From: Octopus sinensis
Lineage: Eukaryota
Reading direction: 5' to 3'
Length of the DNA: 64,000 nucleotides
Assembly (NCBI RefSeq): GCF_006345805.1
Contig: NC_043002.1
Location: 43,586,001-43,650,000 of the forward strand
Part shown: one piece after another, positions 1-12,530 of the stretch
Layout of the letters: every line of letters starts with the position of its first letter
How positions within the stretch are numbered: the first letter of the stretch is position 1
Notes under the pieces: model-generated
Databases searched by the model: none
Told to the model about the DNA's origin: nothing
The model's input: the letters and a program-made list of their open reading frames with translations, nothing else
Made by a program: the position numbers and the translations under genes

Positions 1-840
1 TCGTCCCTTATGTAGCTTTTTATATGCTTGAAGAATGGTTTTAAGAGGATGTCTAAAAAGTTACTGAGGCGGTGAGTTTCGCATGCTGGGCCTGCTATTA
101 TGGGTCTTAATTTGAGGTCATTTAGAGTAGGTACCTTGACTATTATGTCTGTGACTCACCTGTATGCGTTACTTACTTATTCACTTTTGTGTGTCTTAAG
201 AATACCGTAGAATTGACTGGATTTACTAATGAAGTTAGTCATGTAGTCGTATTCCTTCTCGATGAGCCCTTCTCTGTAAAGGCTTAACATTATTTTTAGT
301 TTCTTATTTTCTGCGGACTGTAGTGTTGTACTTTTTCATAATATGTTGTGTCTTCTCATATGGATAGTACTAAGGTTGTATAATATAACATGTCCATTAA
401 TATAATATAACATGTCCATTATTTTCTACAGAATTCCGCAACGCCTTCTTCTATTTCATTGCAGCTGGGGCGTTGGGGTGGGTGTAAATTTGAGCCCTTT
501 GGAGAGTATTTTGATTTGGTCTGGTGTTAGTTCTTTGTGGTTTAGATTGATGATGGTTTCTCCTGTCTGCCTGATGTTATCTCGTATCCCTGTGTTTGCG
601 TGCTGGGTCTAAAAAATGATTGAGGTGAATGGAACGGTTGCTGTTATGTAGCTGTCCCCTATCGTTGTAGGGTGCTCTGTTGTGATTTATGGTGCGAGTT
701 CTTGGATGGCGATTGTAAAATATTTCTCTATATCCCATGTTCGATGTTGGATGGTGATTGAAAAGTGTGTCCCTATATCTCATGTTTGGATATGGTGCTT
801 TAGTGGGCCGTCGTTGATAATAATTTCTTGTGGTATGGCG
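1..840 (-). mobile_element. Penelope-like retroelement (PLE), degraded N-terminal/RT fragment, continues beyond window start
   Basis: Manual minus-strand translation gives IINLNHKELTPDQIKILSKGLKFTPTP (PLE N-terminal motif), EKEYDYMTNFISKSSQFYGILKTHKS (FYGLPKIHK-like) and DLKLRPIIAGPACETHRLSNFLDILLKPFFKHIKSYIRD (RPII...SYIxD). Stops and frameshifts are present. Confidence 0.85.
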
Positions 841-873
841 TATTTAAATATTTAAGATTTTTAATATTTAATT

Positions 874-968
874 GTTATCACTGATGAGTTCCAAATGGCG
901 ATATATAATAATATGCATTACTTTTATTGAAATATGGTTTTTGCGACAGAAACAGCTGTCTGACTAAC
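874..968 (+). ncRNA. Type I hammerhead ribozyme-like motif in putative PLE pseudo-LTR
   Basis: gttatca-CTGATGA(881-887)-long stem II-GAAAC-AGCT-GTC(958-960)-tgactaac. The core boxes are intact, stem III is palindromic, and stem I pairs with one bulge. It lies next to the PLE ORF. Confidence 0.7.
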
Positions 969-1179
969 TTAAATAAATAATCCATATTAGCATCAAAACC
1001 TTTTCTATTTATTTGATCACATTTATTGAACGGTGTCTAATAAACTGATTCTTATAATTATATTATTTTTATATATTCATACGGAAATGAAAGGAATTCC
1101 TTAAATAAAGTATGATAAAAAAAAACTTTGGAAACCTTAGGAACAATGCTCTAAACTGAAGAAGTATTTTCATACGGAA

Positions 1180-1213
<34 letters not shown>

Positions 1214-1229
1214 CGCGCGCGCGCACGCG

Positions 1230-3720
1230 CAGGGTATTCGGGTTAAATTTTACTGCATGCATAAAAGTAAAAGGAAACACAATATCACATCCAAATAAAA
1301 GTAATTAAAAAAATTTCTAAAACCAACTAGATTAAGGCTGAAAAATAACAGTTTATTCAAAATAGCCGCCCCCGGCTTCCTCCTCAGCCTCAGGACACTC
1401 CAGAAACCGCTGCGTACGTTCCTCACTGTGTTTCTGAGATTTTCGAACGCGTCCTTGACCTTGACTACCAGCTCGGTCTTGGTGTTGCAGGCAGAGCAGT
1501 TGGTGTCTTCCTCAACTGCGCCCTACACGTAGTAATCCATGGGGTTACAATCAAGGAAAATAGGAGGTTAGACACTGGGGCTGATGAAATCATAGAAATT
1601 TTCGAACCACTTCTGACTCCTTCTGGGCGTATGGTAAGGAGCTGAATCCTGCTGCCACACATGTGACATTTCAGCAGCAACCCCCTCCAGCCAGAGTTTC
1701 ACCACAGTCTCGAACATCTTCACATAACCGTCTGAATTGAGCGTAGGGCTTGGTTCAAAGCTGTAGGGCGGCATGATGTCAAACTCACTAGAGATACACC
1801 CAAAGACCATCAGGAAACTTAGTTTTCGTGATATGTGGTATATCACATGGATTGTAGACAAGTCACCTGTTATTTTGGGGTTTGTGCAAATGGTCTTGGC
1901 AGAAGTTCTTTTCATCTGTGAAGAACCGGATCATCTTCGGCTCCATAAGATGCCTCAGCTTGTTCAGGAGTTGCTTTGCCTTCGTCAACAGATTCTCTAT
2001 GGCCTTGGATGTCAGGATTTATCCCTTGTGGCTCTTGTCCAAGTGGTAGCGAATGGTTTCATTCAGATCCAGTTTCATAGTGACGACTCCAACATACATC
2101 TCTTTCGTCAAAGTCCAGATTCCCTTCTCCGGATCATGCATCTCTTTGTCCAGCAGTTTTTGGACGGATTTTGGCCTATTGTGTCCCTTCCTACTAACCA
2201 CGGCTTCGTAGTTTCCATTGCAGCTGTCCATGTCACGTCTTACAGCCTTTGCAATATTCACAGAGCATTAAGCAGCAATCGTGATGTAAGCATTTTGATT
2301 TCCGGCGCGAATCCTCATGATATACGAGGGGCGTTCAATAAGTAATGCCCCTGACCCACTTCCCATAGCAGTAGAGCAACGACACTTGGCACAGGTATTA
2401 GTCTTTTTCTACATAGGAACAACCCAGAGGTACGCATTTCTCCCATCGTTTGATGCAGTTCTGGAGACCGTTTTCGTAGAAGACCCCAGCTTGGTCCTCC
2501 AACCACGACGTGACTTCAGAAATCAAGGCTGCATCATCTGGGAAACGCTTTCCTTTCAAAAACAACTCCATGGCTGGGAAGGGGTGAAAATCAGAGGGTG
2601 CAAGGTCAGGAGAGTAGGGGGATGGGGGAAGAGTTCATAGCCGCACGCCTGTGCTTCTGATCTGGCGACACGCGAGTTGTGGACCGGAGCGTTGTCCTGC
2701 AGGAGGAGGATGCCTTTGCTGATCTTGCCCCGCCTCTTGGTTTCGATAGCTTCTCTTAATTTCCTCAAAAGTGAAACATGATGGGCTCCTGTAATTGTGG
2801 TACCCTTTGCCAGGAAATCTGTCATCACTACTCCGTCCTGGTCCCAGAAGACTGTGAGCATGACCTTGCCAGCGGAGGGCTGCACCCTTGCCTTCTTTGG
2901 AGGAGATGAGTCATGGTGCTTCCACTGCATTGACTGGGCTTTGGTCTCTGGATCATAGTGATGGACCCAGGTCTCATCCTGTGTAATCAGTCTTTTGAAA
3001 AATTTTGACTCATCTTCGTGGCACATCCCTAAATTCTTGCTTCTGGAATTCTTGCGTTCTTGCTTCTGGAAAAGTGTGAGCAACCTGGAAATCCATCTGG
3101 CAGACACCTTTTGCATATGCAAATGGTCATGAATGATAGTTTCCACAGACCCGGTACTAATCTTGACCTCATGGGCTATTTGGCGAATAGTTATGCGTCG
3201 ATCTTCCAAAATAGCAGCCTCAACTTGACGGACAGATGCCTCATCAATGGCAGAAGGGGTGCGACCAGATCTGGGAGCTGTTTCCACAGAGTTCCGACCA
3301 TGTTTGAATTCACGATGCCAGCGTTTTACAAGGTCATATGATGGGGCATCATCACCATAAGTTACTTTCATTTCATTAAAAGTCTCCTGTGGTGTGCGTC
3401 ATTTCAAATACAAAAACCGGATCACTGCTCGACACTCAACATGCTCCATTTCCCACTTGACTCATTTCAAACACCTGTAAATCAGAAACCACAATTAGTT
3501 CGGAGCTGTAACTTGCCACTTAATCTATAGAGATATCAATAATTACACATGCAATTTCAGCTAGATCAAACAAAGGCAAGTGGGTCAGAGGCATTACTTA
3601 TTGAACGTCCCTCGTAGGTAACTCTTTTCCACCATTCCACGTTGATTAAGTTATTTATAAAGTTGAGGTTAGAACTAGAGCTTGTCGAAATGTAAAAATT
3701 TGACTCTAAATGATGATGCA
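1230..3720 (-). mobile_element. Degraded Tc1/mariner-superfamily transposon, maT/DD37D-like, interrupted by a mariner at 2325-3614
   Basis: Minus-strand motifs IRFFTDEKNF, MVFGCISSE, WQQDSAPYHT and *PPIFLDCNPMDY, with 36 residues between the 2nd and 3rd Asp in this copy. CAGGGT-type end at ~1230. The right end is uncertain. Confidence 0.75.
2325..3614 (-). mobile_element. Full-length mariner (DD34D, irritans/Hsmar2-like) with TIRs and TA target duplication; transposase pseudogenised
   Basis: TA|CGAGGGGCGTTCAATAAGTAATGCCCCTGACCCACTT ... AAGTGGGTCAGAGGCATTACTTATTGAACGTCCCTCG|TA. ORF 2556..3371 contains WISRLL, TQDETW and QDNAPVH. YSPDLAPSD follows a poly-C frameshift, and there is a TGA at codon 17 of MEHVECRAVIRFLYLK*. 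Confidence 0.95.
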
Positions 3721-4193
3721 ATGCGTTTTCCTTTTTCCCCTCTCTCCCACTTTTTCTCTCTGTCCACCTCTCTCTTGCACACACACACACAATTTGTTTC
3801 GACACTCACTATCTAAAATCTGATTTATCTAATATCTATACTAAATGATGTTTATTCCTGGTAAGTAAATACTTTGAACGTTGATAACAAAAGAAAAGTA
3901 AATAATATTATCGATTATATACAAATGCTAAAAGCTTGCTCTACAAATTTTGCGTCGGTCAATGAACATGAAGTTGCTTTCCCTCTTGTATGTCCTTTCA
4001 TGCAATCGTTGGCATTGCGTAGTCAAACGTAGGTATTTAACATCTTTCGGTTGCGTAGCGAAACAGAAAACAAAGATTTCTTTTGGTTTTATTTCTTAAT
4101 ATTTTTGCGTAGTTTCCAGAGCAACACAATTCCATTTTTTATTTTTTTCGAAAAAGAAAAAAAAAAAAAACTACCTATAAACACAGTCAATAT

Positions 4194-4426
4194 ATTTCCT
4201 TACTACCCACAAGGGGCTAAACACAGAGAGGACAAACAAAGACAGACAAAGGAATTAAGTCGATTACATCGACCCCAGTGCGTAACTGGTACTTGATTTA
4301 TCGACCCCGAAAGGATGAAAGGCAAAGTCGACCTCGGCGGAAATTGAACTCGGAACGTAACGACAGACGAAATACGGCTATGCATTTCGCCCGGCGTGCT
4401 AACGTTTCTGCCAGCTCGCCGCCTTA
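4194..4426 (-). mobile_element. tRNA-derived SINE with Nin/Deu-like core (family A)
   Basis: The reverse complement has an A-box-like GAGCTGGCAGAA, a B-box-like GAGTTCAATTTCC and core GACTTTGCCTTTCATCCTTTCGGGGTCGATAAA. Many copies occur in the window. Confidence 0.8.
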
Positions 4427-4951
4427 AACACTGCCAATATGCACGCGCACACACTGATTTTTGTGTATGCATGCACATATATGTATGTAAGTATAAATGT
4501 GTGTGTATGCATATTTGTATATGTATATTTTTATTTTTCTATGTATGCTTATATATGTAAGTATGACATCCTACTTGCGGGAGATACCACACACAGCTGT
4601 TGCTGAAAAGTAGCTATATATTAATTCTGAAGAATATTCTTTCATAATGACATATAAATGTAAACTCAGCAAACTTAAAACTGGTGTCTTATGCAGAACA
4701 AAAAAATGTCCTTATTTGCTATTAAAGCCTAGTATCTTCTACTTATTCGTATAAATGTATGTATGTATGTATTTAATAATAATAATAATAATAATAATAA
4801 TAGGGAGTATATTTTTACTTATTATATATTGATTATTTATTTTTATACTATTTGTGATCTAGTTATGTTTTAAAAACTATATTTTATTTTTTATCTATGA
4901 TTTGGTTTATGTCCATCATTGTTTGAATTGCATAATAGTGGTTTTTCTCTA

Positions 4952-4986
<35 letters not shown>

Positions 4987-5105
4987 TATATAAGCACATA
5001 TGTATATATGAATGTATGGTGTGTGTGTGTGTGTGTGTATATATACATATATATATACACACACACGCACATTCATATATATGCATATGCTTAGATGTGC
5101 GTGTA

Positions 5106-5303
5106 TACAAGAGAGTACCCAAAAGAAACCAAAATTTTGCAATAGTAATTTTTCACCTAGCTTTGCATGTTTACACTTTTATCCCCTTCAAAGTATTCTC
5201 CATCTGAAGCAATGCCTCGGTCCAGATGCGTTTCCACTGTTCAAAGCCATCCTGGAACTCTTGTGAAGTGATGCCTTTTAACGCCTCGGTCATTTCTTTT
5301 TCA
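5106..5303 (-). mobile_element. Mariner 3'-end fragment (different family)
   Basis: Minus strand gives EFQDGFEQWKR..., then a frameshifted GEYFEGDK mariner C-terminus and a TIR-like end. Confidence 0.6.
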
Positions 5304-8261
5304 CCACAGACACACAAACATACACACACACACATATATATATATACATATATACGATGGGCTTCTTACAGTTTCCATCTACCAAATCCACTCACAAGGC
5401 TTTGGTCGACCGAGGCTATAGTAGAAGACATTTGCCCAAGGTGCCATGCAGTGGTAATGAACCTGGAACCATATGGTTGGTAAGCAAGCTACTTACCACA
5501 CAGCCACTCCATGTGTGTGGTATGTATGTATGCGTGCATTTATGTATGTATATATGTATGTACTTCTCACAGTCTATTTTAATGCTGTGATCCTACAAGG
5601 TGATTAACAATAGGTGAAGCAGTGTCTAAGACTTCAGAAAAAATTCCATGATCTGTAAATAATTATTAGACAAATTATAAAAATCAATATGAGTTGATGG
5701 AACGCTAGATGACAGCAATATGTAAAGAACAGATATTGTGCAACTTTTGCAATTAGCAATCTCTTCTGTTCTTAACAAGTGGCATCAGAATGAATATATG
5801 AGCATTATAGCTAGCGAGTATAACTGCTTTCTCAAAGGTCAAAAGGTTAGTGATAGAATTAGAACACCCATCAGAATGTTTTGTAATACAACAGATTTTC
5901 ATTTCTACATTCTTAGCTAAAATTCTTGGAGAGTCAACTTTGGTTTTATCACTTCTCGCTCTCATCCTCCTTCAGCATCATTGTTTTGACGTCCTATTTC
6001 CCATACTTACATAGGTTGGCTGGAACTTGTTGAAGTAGATTTTCTGCAACGCACCGAAGACTGCAAATGAAGGACACTATATGCATGACAGTAACACTTG
6101 TTGACAGCTATGTAAACAAGTTCATCAAGATTAATGAAGAGACAGTAACACACATGCACGAGCGTGCATACATTAATATTCATATATATATGTACAATTC
6201 TACAGTGTTGGCACAGAAACAATTGTAACTGATCATTAAAGATGTGTTAAAATATTTCTTTGTCCTATTTGGATTATATGTGTGTGTGTGTGTATGGACA
6301 ATGTACTTCTTTCAGTTTCTGTCCACTAAATGCACTCACAAAACTTTGATTGATTCAAGGCTAGGTAGAAGATGCCCAAAGTGTTACACAGTAGGACTGA
6401 ACCTGAAACCATGTGGCTACGAAGTAAACCACACAGCCATGCCTATAGCATAGAAAGTTTTTAATAGACTGATGTTAGAAAGAGATTATAAATTACAAAA
6501 AGTAGTTTTGATTGGATATATTGCTAAAATGATGAAACCCTTCTCTGTTAATTTGAAATTGAGGAAGGGCAAAAGCTAAGTTGCTGGTGGTGAACTGTGG
6601 GGGCAATTCCTGTTTGATTTCCAGTTCTAAGCAATAATAAATTTCACTTAGTTACCCAAACTCTTTTACTTCACTAATAATCCTTTCTATTGTAGGCACA
6701 TCATCATCATAACCATCATAATCATCACTTAACGTCTGTTTTCCATGCTGGCATGAGTTGAAGTGTTTGATAAGAGCTGGCCAGCCAGAGACCTATCCAA
6801 GTTCCTTTGTCTGCTTTGGCCAGGTTTCTATGGTTCTATGGCCTTCTTAATGCCAACCACTTTACAGAGTGTGCTGGGAGCTTTTTACATGCTAGTAGCA
6901 TGGGTACTTTTTTTACATGGTGCTGGCACAAGGTCTGAAATTTGGTTGAGGTGCTACTTGATTCCATCAACTCCAACACATAACTGGTACTAATTTCATC
7001 AAGCCTGAAAGGATGAAAGGCACAGTCGACCTTGGCAGAATTTGAACTCAAAACAAAGATGAACAATATGCCATAAAGCACTTTGTCAAGTATTCTTATG
7101 ATTCTGCCAGCTCACTACATTATTCACTCCACTTATTACATATATGAAAGAAATTCTTCTTAACTCCAATATAATGGTCTTTTAATTTAATTTTATATTT
7201 TCTACCTTCAGATATTGCTGGTGTGTTGAAAATAAATTTTATTGTTTGAATAAATTTATCATATAGTTTTATTTATAAATGATTGAGTGTGCCCAAGTAT
7301 TAAGGGTGATTTTAATTCAAAAGTTGGAGATCTTTATTCAGCATACTCTATGTGCATGTGCAAACATATTATTGGCCAACACGATGCCCATGGTTTCTGT
7401 TTAGCAAACTTCTGGCAGTGTAGTGATCTTTCAATACCAAACAGTCATTTCCAAAAGTAAAGGCTCCATACCTGGGCCTCTCCAGATAGAAATAATAAAT
7501 AATCACCTAAGTGCAATGGCAGTGAGCAGGGACAGAATTGGAAATATATTTGTAATGTTTTAGATCTGTTGCAAGCCAAACTAACAATTGAAGAAAGTAT
7601 CCAGTGAAGATATGAAAAACAAAAAATACTATAAGCTATAACTGGGGTTATGTATTACTGATCTAACCTGCTATAATCCTTGTAAATTATTGTGCACTGC
7701 ACCTTTGTTAGTAATTCTTACTGACACTCCAGGTCATCTGATCAACAGAACAGCCTGCTTGCAAAAATAACATGTAAGTGGCTGAGCACTCCACAGACAT
7801 GCATACCCTTAATGTAGTTCTCAGGGAAATTCAGCAGGCCCTCTGAATTACAGGTACTACTCACTTTTGTCAACTGAGCGGACTGGAGCAATATGAAATA
7901 AAGTGTCTTGCCCAAGGATACAACATACAACTGTGAATCGAATTCACAACCTTTTGATCATGAGCTAGAAAGCCTAACTACTGTTAGTAATTACAATTTC
8001 ACAAATATAATTCTGGCCTTTCACAGACACTGTACCAAATTAGACAATTTAGTTCATCAGCATATTCTAATTTATAATCGTTTTTTGCTTTTTATTATTC
8101 CTCCTGTGCTGAAATGACATAAGAGCAAAATATAAATCAGGGTAAATTCAATTCACAACATCCCATTTACTGAACAATTTGTGACAGTTTGTCAGTTTTG
8201 TTTTATGTAATTTAAACCATATTACCAAATTTATTTAATTTTTCCATTATGTTCCTTGTAG

Positions 8262-8358
8262 GCTATGTTATGTTGCTGGCAGAGAAGGGCATTTTCCACG
8301 AGTATTTTCATACATTCATCATAAGAATCTCACACCAGTGCCATCAGTCATGTTCACA
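8262..8358 (+). CDS. SLC7-family L-type amino-acid transporter light chain (b(0,+)AT/SLC7A9-like), internal exon A
   Basis: ttgtag|G...ACA|gtaaga. Translates (R)LCYVAGREGHFPRVFSYIHHKNLTPVPSVMFT, which carries the typical LAT motif REGH..P...S.I....TP.P. Confidence 0.92.
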
Positions 8359-9195
8359 GTAAGAGTTTTTTTACTTTATTCTTAAAACAAATATTCACAT
8401 AGTTACTCACGCTCAATTTTGCAGAATAAGCTCCATGATGCAAGCCACAAAGAGACTTCCGTTTCCATTCCTAATCTAAAATATTTTGAAATATCATGAT
8501 GCTTATAAGATTCATTTTGTAAAAAGCACGAGACATGTATTACAGATTGTGTGAATGCTTTTAGAACCATATGCATTTAACAATGCATATTTTCTATGGA
8601 GCTGTCAATAACATCTTATTAATTGTTCATCAGCTACTGTCAATGAGAGAGTTTACATATTTCTTAAAGAAATATGTAAAATTTAAACATTTCAGTCAAC
8701 CTGAAGGCCAAGCTGGAGCATGAACTTAAGTCATTTGAAGCATAATTCATGTTATTTCAGGAGTCTCATAATACAATATGCCATACTGACTCTAATGAAG
8801 GCTCCATGTTCATTCTATATTTATCTATACCAAATCAAGAGTAAAATATTCAATCCAAACAAACTGATGATATCAACTTGGCAGAGGCACACTTTCTAAA
8901 CCAGATGATATTGAACTCAACATTTCAAGCTAACTGAAATATCAACTGAACAGAATCATTTCTTGCTGTTAATGGTCTGTTGACCTATTTTGTGAATTTT
9001 TTTTTTTGCAGTTAGAGAATGATATCTTATGAGGATTAAGTGCTTCAGTCAACATTTAGTGCCAGATGGCATCAAATTCTTGACTGGTTATCCCATATTT
9101 TACTGACTTGACCATTCATATTCTTAGCTTAGGTTATTTTCTTTACTTTAAGAGTGAAATGTTATCTATTAATTTTTATTTTTATTCAATTTCAG

Positions 9196-9345
9196 GCTTT
9201 GATGGGAATCATTATCATTATTCCAGGGAAAATATCAACTTTAATTGATTTTTATAGTTTCTCTGCATGGACTGTTTATGGAATAGGTGCCTTTACGGTG
9301 ATATATTTACGGATTACTCAACCCAAGCTTAAAAGACCTTTAAAG
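9196..9345 (+). CDS. SLC7A9-like transporter, internal exon B
   Basis: tttcag|GCT...AAG|gtaagc, 150 nt, phase 0. Translates ALMGIIIIIPGKISTLIDFYSFSAWTVYGIGAFTVIYLRITQPKLKRPLK. Confidence 0.93.
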
Positions 9346-10020
9346 GTAAGCTTCTTTCAAATAATTATATTTATTTATTAAAGTTTGTCTGAAATACCCA
9401 ATGACAAAATGTAAATGCATATAAGTTAGAGGAATTATTCCATGTTCCATAAAACAAAAGAAATAATGATCTTGTTTTTTAGGTTTTTAGGTTCTTTAAC
9501 CCACCCCTACCCAACTCCAAAATTATTAAAACAGCTTAGTTGGATAACATTCAGATTACAGCCACCACGATATATATATATATATATATATTCTACTCAT
9601 TGATGTGGTGCATTACTGTACTCAAGAAGATCTGCCCACCACAACAGAAGAGATATCCTAAAACCAAGGTGCCACATAAAAAGCACTGGAGATGGTACCA
9701 TATAAAAAGCACATACTACAGCCTGTAAAGTGGTTGGTGTTAAGAAGGGCATCCAGCTGTAGAAACCAAGCTGAAAGAGCTATGCAACCTGTCAATCCAC
9801 CCAACCCACGCCAGCATAGAAAATGGATGTTAAATGTTGATGATGTTAGCTTTTATATTCACGTCATTGAGCATACAAACACAAATACATTTGCTAATCA
9901 GCATACATTCATGTTTCAGATGAGTGGTTTTCCTTTCAATTCCATGAGTTATTCTATATTTTAATACATATAATAATTAATATGCTATTAAGTTTAATAG
10001 ATGATATTGTTTGATTTATG

Positions 10021-10246
10021 AAGGTGGCGAGCTGGCAGAAATGCCGGACGAAATGCTTAGCGGTATTTTGTCTGCTGCTATGCTCTAAGTTCAAATTCCA
10101 CCAAGGTTGACTTTGCCTTTCATCCTTTCAGGGTCGATTAAATAAGTACCAGTTATGCACTGGGGTTGATATAATGGACTTAATCCGTTTGTCTGTCCTT
10201 GTTTGTCCTCTCTTTGTTTAGCCCCTTGTGGGTAGTAAAGAAATAG
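10021..10246 (+). mobile_element. SINE family A copy (intronic)
   Basis: aaggtggcgagctggcagaa...gttcaaattcc...gcctttcatcctttcagggtcga...gccccttgtgggtagtaaagaaatag. Confidence 0.8.
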
Positions 10247-11125
10247 ATATTGTTTGATTTATTCTGAATGTAGTCATGCTAACCAACTGAAGGTTATCTA
10301 CTACTTGCTCAACCTGCTAGAAATAGCAACAATATTATACTCTACTATCTTAAAAACAAAAAGACACGTGAAATTACAAGATTTTAGAGAACAATATAAT
10401 GGAAAACAAAATGGGTTGGTCATGACTAGCAAGCCTTTGACTTTTAAGTCTACTCACTCAGGGCTGTCTTGACCACATTTCTGTACTACAAGTAATGCAA
10501 GTAGACAATACTATGCTAATAAGCTGTAATAGACTGAAACATATCTATTGTTGCTCCACACCTACAAACATTAAACTTTCCTGCTTCAAAACATGTAAAT
10601 TTACTTTGAGAGTCAATAACAATTGTTATGAGGATTCTAGTTTCCTTCTCCATTTGTTCAAATCCTGCAATGGTCAACTTACCCTTTCACCTTTTCAAGG
10701 TTGATAAATAAAGTGCCATTTGAGTACAGTGGATTGGCAGAACTGTAAGACTGCTAGACTAGATGTCTTGCAGTATTTCTTCTGGAACTTTGCATTTTAA
10801 TTTCAAATCCTGCAGTGGCCTTCATGCATGGTAGACTTAATCTGTCGCTTAATTTATTACCACTACCTGGCAGCCAAAGAGCTTTTAACAGAGCCCACTC
10901 TATTATAAGCATTGAGACCAAGTCTCCAGTTTGAGGATATCTTCCTTCCTCCCTCCTTTCTTTCCACCAGTCTTGAGAGCCCTTTGAAGTATCCTTGGTA
11001 TTGTCTTCTCTCCTGATTAAAACATTAAAAAAATCTAACAGGGAAATTTCAATTAATTCTTTCTAATTTTGGCATAAGGCCAACAATTTTGAGGATAGCA
11101 GTCAAGTCTATTACATTGACCCCAG

Positions 11126-11558
11126 TACTTGACCAATATTGTACTTATTTTATCAGCCCTGAAAGGATGATAGGCAAAGTCAACCTCAGAGGAATTTGAA
11201 CTCAGAACGTAAAGAACTAGAAGAAATGGCACTCAGTATTTTTTCTGTATTAACAATTCTGACAAATTGCCACCTTCAATTAATTTCAATTAATTAAGAA
11301 CTTTTTACATATGGCATTCAGCACATCAGCTCTAAACATATTACCCTACTTGACCAATACTGTACTTATTTTATCAGCCCTGAAAGGATGATAGGCAAAG
11401 TCAACCTCAGTGGAATTTGAACTCAGAACATAAAGAACTAGAAGAAATGGCACTCGGTATTTTTTCTGTACTAACAATTCTGACAAATTGCCACCTTCAA
11501 TTAATTAAGAACTTTTTACATATGGCATTCAGCACCTCAGCTCTAAATATATTACACT
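11126..11558. repeat. Tandem duplication of ~220 bp (SINE remnant plus flank)
   Basis: tacttgaccaata...cagctctaaa occurs at 11126 and again at 11347 with few substitutions. Confidence 0.9.
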
Positions 11559-11901
11559 ACTGTTGGTATGAACACTGATAGGAATTGGCAGTATTGTCCT
11601 GGTTTTGTTGGATTTCTTAAGTTTACCAAAACTAGTCCACTAAATGTTGATACTAATAGAAGAATTCAGAGGTGCTTGGTTGGTTCAGTTGCTCAAAGCA
11701 TTCACCTATGTCTGAAAGTAAAGAATAGAATAAAAGTGTTGTTAAGTAAATGGGAAGTTTAGTAAATGAGAAACAACTGAACTGAAGTAGGTCAAGGGAT
11801 TGCATGCAAGATAGCTTTCTCTCATGGGCTCTAAGATGTAAATAATTTTATCAATATGAAAGAAATAATCAGTTATTTGTTTTCTTTTCTTTCTCAAACA
11901 G

Positions 11902-12070
11902 GTACCAATTGTGATCCCAATAATCGTTGTGATCATGTCAGCTTATCTTGTACTGGCACCAGTCATCCAGAATCCAAAGATGGAATTCTTCTTTGCTTTT
12001 CTCTTCATCTGTAGTGGACTGATTTTCTACTTCCCATTTGTTTACAAGAAGATTTCTGCACCTGGAATAG
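11902..12070 (+). CDS. SLC7A9-like transporter, internal exon C
   Basis: aaacag|GTA...ATAG|gtaaga, 169 nt. Translates VPIVIPIIVVIMSAYLVLAPVIQNPKMEFFFAFLFICSGLIFYFPFVYKKISAPGI, the last two TM helices. Confidence 0.93.
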
Positions 12071-12167
12071 GTAAGATATTTTTCTTAAAATACTGTGAGA
12101 GAAAAGTTTCCATTCCCTAATTATTAAGACAAGTAGAGACATTAGATATTTAGAACACAAGCTTACC

Positions 12168-12232
<65 letters not shown>

Positions 12233-12269
12233 ATACATATATAATATATATATATATATTTCTCGAAAT

Positions 12270-12327
12270 ATTATGTTGATGAAGGAAATGAATTTGTATA
12301 ATTGTAATCCAGAAACGCATCCATAAT
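12270..12327 (+). ncRNA. Degenerate type I hammerhead-like motif in last SLC7 intron
   Basis: attatg-TTGATGA-aGGA...TCCa-GAAAC-gc-ATC-cataat. Stem I is a perfect 6 bp, with C3->U and G16.2->A changes. It abuts a (TA)n tract. Confidence 0.5.
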
Positions 12328-12491
12328 TAATCATAGACTGTTTGATTTCATTATTTTTTCTTCTTTATGCCTATGTGAGTTACAAATATATTGTTGTCTG
12401 CGGAGTCATATTTGTAGTAAAAAGATTTAGCTGTCCTTTTGGCTGCTATTTCTAAATTGTTGGTATGTGATGAAGCAACTTGTTGCTAAAC

Positions 12492-12530
<39 letters not shown>

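Noticed and set aside
1773-2345. 190-aa plus-strand ORF
   Set aside because: Antisense shadow of the degraded transposase.
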